Below, in pieces: positions 60,176-64,000 of a stretch of 64,000 bases of DNA (the stretch's first letter is position 1; the number at the start of each line of letters is the position of its first letter). The stretch lies in the IMG/VR virus record IMGVR_UViG_3300027969_000039, positions 239,058 through 303,057 of that record; one strand, 5' to 3'. The notes below the pieces were generated by a model. It worked only from the letters and a program-made list of their open reading frames with translations, searched no databases and had not been told where the DNA came from. Position numbers and translations under genes: made by a program.

Positions 60176-61751
60176 CAAATTTCTCCTTTAACCAATCAAA
60201 GTTATTAATCTTTGATAGTGCTAGTAAATGGCCTTTATTTAATGTTCCGTATGATCTGCCTTGAATTGCACCAGCAATCGCATATTTACCATATGGTCTA
60301 TCAGCACCCACTGTACACCATGTTTCCAATCTATTAAATGTTTCCTCATCGTTCTGTCTGTCAATGACTTTACTTGCTAGTTTGCAACATTCTCTAAATG
60401 CACTACGCCAAGCACTAAATGCGTCAGTATTGAAATTTGTTATGTTGCTAACTTCAAATACGGGCTTGTACTTAGTGCTGATACTGGTGGTCATGTCAGG
60501 CTTACTCAAGTCCATGTTGATTGTTAACTCTCTAGGGAATAACTTGATGCCACCAAATCCATACTCTAAGTCATTGACTGGATTCTTACTGCGCCAAACA
60601 TAAACCCAGTCCATCTTGTCTGGATGAACGATATAGTCAAAATTAAAATTCTTGTTTATTACGGCATCACCATCTACTATCCAAACCATCTTAGTGTTGG
60701 CTAACTTAGCAGCAGTAATATGTGCATTATGTATACCTTTAACACCGTCAACTCTTTTTGCTCTTGGGAATCTACGCTTAAGATTAGTCCAATTCTCCTC
60801 AGCATTAGGTTCATTGTATGTTACCATAATAATATCATATTCATACTCATTAATAGTATCAACTGAGTGTATCGTTTTGGGTTGTCTATCGGGGTTGAAT
60901 TCTAAAGTTTTAATGAATTTGCTTTGTTCACTAGTAAATGGTTCACATATTGGGATAATGCTACCTAAAGTTTTGCATTCGTTTACTGCATCTAACACTG
61001 ACATTTTTTCTACCGTAGATTTATACAAATCATTTAAATAATCAAAATCTCTTACTTGAGTAAAATCCCAATTTGTATATTGTGTTTTATAACATCCTTG
61101 TCTAGCACCTAATATAGCCCATATGCCATTATTAACCTCTATTCCAGTAGTCATCCAAATTTTTAGTCTATTTAAATTACCTATGTTTAAGTCTGCTAAT
61201 TCATCGACTTTAATTCCGTTATGCAAGCACATCTTTACCCCTTCACGGAATCCAGCACGCCATGCTTGCAACTGGCTAGTATTATTGTGTATTATAGAAT
61301 ATGACTTATCTATTGCCATATAATTTAATGCCCAACAAAAATCTACTTGAGTCATGGGATCATTTAGATCCGCTGCCTCATGTGTTTTCATATCAAGCAT
61401 TGCTTGTACAGGCCAACATTTGATTCCCCCGTTGCCGTACAATAAACCGTTGATGATATTCTTACTGGGCCAACTAAAGACTGTTTTACTGTCATCGATT
61501 GAATCATCTAACACTAGTGTCTGATGTAGATATTTGTGGTCAATAACCGCATCGCCGTCAATGACTGATACTCGTGGGGTAGTTGCTAATTTTGCAACCG
61601 CTTTGTGTGCAGCGTCACTACCTTTAACTCCATGAACCCTTTTGGCATAAGGAATTTTTGTTAACAAATCTTCCCAATTTGCTTGTGCATTTGGCTCATC
61701 ATAGCTAAGATAGACAACATCGTATTCGTAGATTTTAAATTCTTTACTCAT
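60165..61751 (-). CDS. Protein with two tandem GT-A glycosyltransferase-like domains
   Basis: Two copies of YD....Y.EPNA..NW..L...P.AKRV.GVKG...AH...A.......DGD ... N..N.L.YG.GGIK ... AWR..FRE..K. Confidence 0.65.
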   Translation of the reverse strand: MSKEFKIYEYDVVYLSYDEPNAQANWEDLLTKIPYAKRVHGVKGSDAAHKAVAKLATTPRVSVIDGDAVIDHKYLHQTLVLDDSIDDSKTVFSWPSKNIINGLLYGNGGIKCWPVQAMLDMKTHEAADLNDPMTQVDFCWALNYMAIDKSYSIIHNNTSQLQAWRAGFREGVKMCLHNGIKVDELADLNIGNLNRLKIWMTTGIEVNNGIWAILGARQGCYKTQYTNWDFTQVRDFDYLNDLYKSTVEKMSVLDAVNECKTLGSIIPICEPFTSEQSKFIKTLEFNPDRQPKTIHSVDTINEYEYDIIMVTYNEPNAEENWTNLKRRFPRAKRVDGVKGIHNAHITAAKLANTKMVWIVDGDAVINKNFNFDYIVHPDKMDWVYVWRSKNPVNDLEYGFGGIKLFPRELTINMDLSKPDMTTSISTKYKPVFEVSNITNFNTDAFSAWRSAFRECCKLASKVIDRQNDEETFNRLETWCTVGADRPYGKYAIAGAIQGRSYGTLNKGHLLALSKINNFDWLKEKFDDN

Positions 61752-61810
61752 ACGAATATTTAATATAAATAAAGGATGATGCGTAATTTGTGTTTTGGGT
61801 AAATTGAAGG

Positions 61811-61839
61811 TTGACTTCTATTCAGAACTACTATATAAT
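61811..61839 (+). promoter_or_regulatory. Sigma70-type promoter
   Basis: TTGACT(61811-16)-17 nt-TATAAT(61834-39). Confidence 0.75.
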
Positions 61840-61906
61840 ACACACATAAACGCAAAAAACACTATGTAATTTGCAGTTATTTTTAACCAGGACTAAATAG
61901 AATACT

Positions 61907-62041
61907 ATGATGAATAAAACTTGTTACATGCCGAAACATACGGGGCTATGGTCTATAGAGACCTTAGCGGCCTTTGCGGTATCATATCCTACAAGTATTC
62001 GCGGGAATGATAACCAAAGAGGAGCCCGGGGAGAGGAATAA
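61907..62041 (+). CDS. 44-aa putative leader peptide (not in ORF track)
   Basis: MMNKTCYMPKHTGLWSIETLAAFAVSYPTSIRGNDNQRGARGEE*; lies between promoter elements and a terminator; TAAATA 7 nt upstream of the ATG. Confidence 0.55.
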   Translation: MMNKTCYMPKHTGLWSIETLAAFAVSYPTSIRGNDNQRGARGEE

Positions 62042-62068
62042 CTAGTTACATCATAACAAAATTTATTC

Positions 62069-62103
62069 AACCCCTGGGAAACTAAAAAGTCTCAGGGGTT
62101 TTT
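62069..62103 (+). terminator. Intrinsic terminator / attenuator hairpin
   Basis: AACCCCTGGGA-10 nt loop-TCTCAGGGGTT (11 bp, one G-U) running into a T tract. Confidence 0.8.
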
Positions 62104-62128
62104 CGTTGTATAAAAACAACAAACAGAG

Positions 62129-62157
62129 TTTACAGTAAATGGATACTCTGATATACT
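62129..62157 (+). promoter_or_regulatory. Sigma70-type promoter with extended -10, upstream of the tRNA array
   Basis: TTTACA(62129-34)-17 nt-TATACT(62152-57), preceded by TG. Confidence 0.65.
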
Positions 62158-62204
62158 AAGGGTTAATTAAGAAGCAACTACAAAGTTGCGTAGTGGAGAG
62201 TTAG

Positions 62205-62399
62205 ATAGTGTGTATAGGTAACGAGGACCTAGTCTGCACTTAAAACATGGACGAACGGGCGGCCTAGAGGATGAAGTCTCTTTTGTGAGATGAAAAATTC
62301 TAGCGTATTGAAACATATTAAAACACGCCCCTAGTAGCAGTAGCGAATCAAGGGTGTAATGTTGAGTGTGTTTCAATACACACATTCGCAAGAGTGTGT
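62205..62399 (+). ncRNA. Candidate structured RNA(s) at the head of the tRNA array
   Basis: Several stems, including the 15-bp GTATTGAAACATATT/AGTGTGTTTCAATAC helix and a GCAA-tetraloop hairpin. Confidence 0.4.
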
Positions 62400-62411
62400 T
62401 AACAAACATGT

Positions 62412-62487
62412 TGGGGTGTCGCCTAGTGGCCTAAGGCAACGGTCTTTGAAATCGTCATCATGGGTTCGAATCCCATCTCCCCTGCCA
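62412..62487 (+). tRNA. tRNA-Gln(TTG)
   Basis: Cloverleaf; ACGGT-CT TTG AA-ATCGT; TTCGAAT; CCA. Confidence 0.9.
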
Positions 62488-62494
62488 AATTTAT

Positions 62495-62573
62495 TCCGTA
62501 GAATCCGAGCATGGTGCACGGACTTGACTGTTAATCAATGACTAGCTGGGATCATTACCCAGATACGGAGCCA
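62495..62573 (+). tRNA. tRNA-Asn(GTT)
   Basis: TTGA-CT GTT AA-TCAA; variant T-loop ATCATTA; GCCA end. Confidence 0.8.
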
Positions 62574-62579
62574 ATTTTA

Positions 62580-62653
62580 GCCCTTTTCGTATAACGGTAT
62601 TACGCCTGTTTTGTAATCAGGATACGGCAGTTCAATTCTGTCATGGGGCACCA
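62580..62653 (+). tRNA. tRNA-Thr(TGT)
   Basis: CCTGT-TT TGT AA-TCAGG; TTCAATT; ACCA. Confidence 0.8.
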
Positions 62654-62658
62654 GTTTT

Positions 62659-62717
62659 AGGATAGCAACAGCAAATCAAAAAAACTTTCAACGTTTATGA
62701 AAAAAAATGCTATCCTG
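62659..62717 (+). ncRNA. Mini RNA: AGGATAG...CTATCCTG stem enclosing an anticodon-arm-sized hairpin
   Basis: 9-bp AGGATAGCA/TGCTATCCT stem, CAGCAA motif, TTTCA-ACGTTTA-TGAAA. Confidence 0.55.
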
Positions 62718-62726
62718 TTTTATTAT

Positions 62727-62800
62727 GCGTGGTTAGTTTAACGGAAAAATCAGTGGTTGCCAACTACTAGTCAAGGGTTCGACTCCCTTACCCCGCACCA
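62727..62800 (+). tRNA. tRNA-Gly(GCC)
   Basis: AGTGG-TT GCC AA-CTACT; TTCGACT; ACCA. Confidence 0.88.
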
Positions 62801-62807
62801 ATTTTAT

Positions 62808-62882
62808 GCCTGGTTAGTTCAGCGGAAGAACGTCTGCCCGATTAGCGGAATGTCGTAGGTTCGACTCCTACACTAGGTACCA
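62808..62882 (+). tRNA. tRNA-Ile(GAT) with non-canonical loop (C33, U37)
   Basis: TCTGC-CC GAT TA-GCGGA; otherwise a complete cloverleaf with CCA. Confidence 0.75.
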
Positions 62883-62887
62883 GTTTA

Positions 62888-62999
62888 AGGATAGGTTCAG
62901 CAAATAATTTAACTACTACTCTGTAAAAGTAAAGGAACGGTTCGACTCCGTAGCCGCAAGGTTTGGTGTAACGGTAGCACTATGTTAAAAACTATCCTG
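62888..62999 (+). ncRNA. Circularly permuted tRNA-mimic RNA (YrlA/Y-RNA-like) with Tyr(GTA) anticodon arm
   Basis: Inside an AGGATAG/CTATCCT stem the order is anticodon arm, T arm, GCAA-capped acceptor, D arm. Confidence 0.7.
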
Positions 63000-63008
63000 T
63001 TATTTTAT

Positions 63009-63083
63009 ATTCCGTGAGGCAGCTGGCGTGGCCGATAGTCCTTCAAACTATTGAGATGGGATCAAAACCCATACGGAATACCA
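63009..63083 (+). tRNA. tRNA with loop CCTTCAA: Glu(TTC) with C33, or TCA opal-suppressor register
   Basis: ATTCCGT/ACGGAAT acceptor; ATAGT/ACTAT anticodon stem; T-loop ATCAAAA; ACCA. Confidence 0.65.
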
Positions 63084-63089
63084 ATCAAT

Positions 63090-63166
63090 GCGACCGTAAC
63101 TCAGCTGGATAGAGTACTAGGCTACGAACTTAGGAGTCGGGAGTTCGAATCTCTCCGGTCGCACCA
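63090..63166 (+). tRNA. tRNA-Arg(ACG)
   Basis: CTAGG-CT ACG AA-CTTAG; canonical. Confidence 0.93.
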
Positions 63167-63170
63167 ATTT

Positions 63171-63244
63171 GCTCTTTTAGTATAAAGGTATTATAATACA
63201 TTGGTAATGTATAGACGCTGGATCGTTACCAGCAAGGAGCACCA
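63171..63244 (+). tRNA. tRNA-Thr(GGT)
   Basis: ATACA-TT GGT AA-TGTAT; T-loop ATCGTTA; ACCA. Confidence 0.85.
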
Positions 63245-63338
63245 TATAAGAACACACTGCTTGCCTGACTGCAAAAGTCGTGGTAAACTACAAGAGAAAG
63301 GGGTTCAAATCCCCGGGACTGGTAGTGTGTTTCTATAT
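63245..63338 (+). ncRNA. Long-stem RNA carrying a T-arm-like hairpin
   Basis: TATAAGAACACACTGC/GTAGTGTGTTTCTATA stem enclosing GACT-GCAAA-AGTC, GTGGTAAAC and GGGG-TTCAAAT-CCCC. Confidence 0.5.
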
Positions 63339-63414
63339 GGTAATATAGCATAGTGGCTAATGCAACTGCTTCATACGCAGTCTATCGTTGGTTCGAGTCC
63401 AACTATTACCACCA
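63339..63414 (+). tRNA. tRNA-Met or Ile2 (CAT)
   Basis: ACTGC-TT CAT AC-GCAGT; ACCA; G1-C72 pair, so not an initiator. Confidence 0.88.
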
Positions 63415-63423
63415 AACAATTTT

Positions 63424-63499
63424 GCCTCTATAACTCAGTTGGTAGAGTATCGTGTTGATAACGCGGAAGTCCTTGGTTCAAGTCCAAGTGGAGGCACCA
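63424..63499 (+). tRNA. tRNA-Ile(GAT), canonical loop
   Basis: TCGTG-TT GAT AA-CGCGG; ACCA. Confidence 0.9.
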
Positions 63500-63505
63500 A
63501 AATTT

Positions 63506-63579
63506 GGGCTGCTAGTATAATGGGATTACACTGGCCTTGCAAGTCAGTTATTGGGGTTCGATTCCCCAGCGGTCCACCA
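63506..63579 (+). tRNA. tRNA-Ala(TGC)
   Basis: CTGGC-CT TGC AA-GTCAG; G3-U70; ACCA. Confidence 0.92.
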
Positions 63580-63588
63580 AGTTTTTAT

Positions 63589-63697
63589 GGGTTGTCAAGG
63601 TTGGTCTCATGCACGGTGAATAGCCGTAGGAGCATTATCGAGTGTGCGCCACCGCACTCTTGGTCTGACAAGGGTTCAAGTCCCTTACAATCCACCA
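63589..63697 (+). ncRNA. 109-nt tmRNA-like / D-armless alanine-identity RNA
   Basis: GGGTTGT/ACAATCC-A-CCA with G3-U70; GAC-AAGGG-TTCAAGT-CCCTT; interior of non-tRNA hairpins. Confidence 0.6.
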
Positions 63698-63705
63698 AGT
63701 TTTAT

Positions 63706-63784
63706 CTGTGTGTGAGAAAGTCCGGTCTAATCTACTCGCCTTGGAAGTGAGAAATCGTAGGTTCAAATCCTACCGCACAGACCA
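63706..63784 (+). tRNA. tRNA-Pro(TGG)
   Basis: CTCGC-CT TGG AA-GTGAG; C1-G72, A73. Confidence 0.9.
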
Positions 63785-63793
63785 ATTATTTAC

Positions 63794-63870
63794 GGTGACC
63801 ATAGTGTAAAGGTTTAGCACCTCGCTCTGTGAAAGCGATAGAATGGGATCGTTCCCCATTGGTTACCCCA
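63794..63870 (+). tRNA. tRNA-His(GTG) with encoded G-1
   Basis: TCGCT-CT GTG AA-AGCGA; G-1:C73; CCA. Confidence 0.9.
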
Positions 63871-63875
63871 ATCAT

Positions 63876-63952
63876 GCCCTGGTAGCGCAATTGGTAGAGG
63901 CAATGGTCTAAGAAGCCATCAAGTGCGAGTTCGAATCTCGCCTAGGGCACCA
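63876..63952 (+). tRNA. tRNA-Leu(AAG), short variable loop
   Basis: ATGGT-CT AAG AA-GCCAT; 5-nt variable region; ACCA. Confidence 0.82.
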
Positions 63953-63963
63953 AACAAATTTAC

Positions 63964-64000
63964 GCCCCGCTGGACAAATCTGGCAAAGTCGCTTCTCTCA
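63964..64000 (+). tRNA. Partial tRNA (probably Leu, anticodon CAN), truncated by the window end
   Basis: GCCCCGC-TG-GAC...TGGCAAA-GTC-G-CTTCT-CT-CA... Confidence 0.6.

Noticed and set aside
28019-61751. Stop-codon reassignment
   Set aside because: Genes are full length under code 11, and TAA, TAG and TGA all end genes at sensible overlaps.
61907-62041. Leader ORF as the RiPP precursor for the radical SAM island
   Set aside because: It is divergently oriented, has no leader/core or repeated motif, and its overlap with a terminator switch fits attenuation better; not fully excluded.
62265-62304. Hammerhead ribozyme (GATGA..stem..GAAA)
   Set aside because: The core reads GGATGAA rather than CTGATGA, and no stem I/III with an NUH site could be built.
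62167-63750. ORFs 62167-62409(-), 62359-62541(+) and 63388-63750(+)
   Set aside because: They overlap tRNAs or structured RNAs; spurious.

Overview
AT-rich segment of a large, probably lytic, T4-like (myovirus-type) bacteriophage; the IscU and class Ia RNR suggest a proteobacterial host. Bases 1-28,000 hold virion fibre/adhesin genes: very large Asn-rich and Gly-Ala-Thr collagen-like proteins plus three glycine-rich paralogues. Bases 28,000-38,300 hold nrdA, a lipoprotein with GH7-cellulase-like motifs, nrdB, glutaredoxin, PAAR, an SleB-type hydrolase, IscU, rubrerythrin and rubredoxin. Bases 38,300-61,750 form a ~23 kb tailoring-enzyme island: 10 radical SAM/SPASM-twitch proteins (one split), 2 QueC-like PP-loop proteins, 3 Fe(II)/2OG-type oxygenases, a desaturase, SDRs, and PLP-dependent, kinase-like, methyltransferase-like and double glycosyltransferase-like proteins. 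Bases 61,800-64,000 are a tRNA array (14 complete tRNAs and 1 partial). The strongest novel candidates lie here. First, a 44-codon leader ORF using all 20 amino acids and 35 different codons, whose 3' end overlaps an antiterminator/terminator switch upstream of the array (a possible pan-tRNA-sensing attenuator). Second, several non-canonical tRNA-like RNAs interleaved with the tRNAs: a circularly permuted YrlA-like tRNA mimic that keeps an anticodon arm, an anticodon-arm mini-RNA with the same terminal stem, and a 109-nt tmRNA-like alanine-identity RNA. All calls come from reading the sequence by eye; no searches or folding programs were run.
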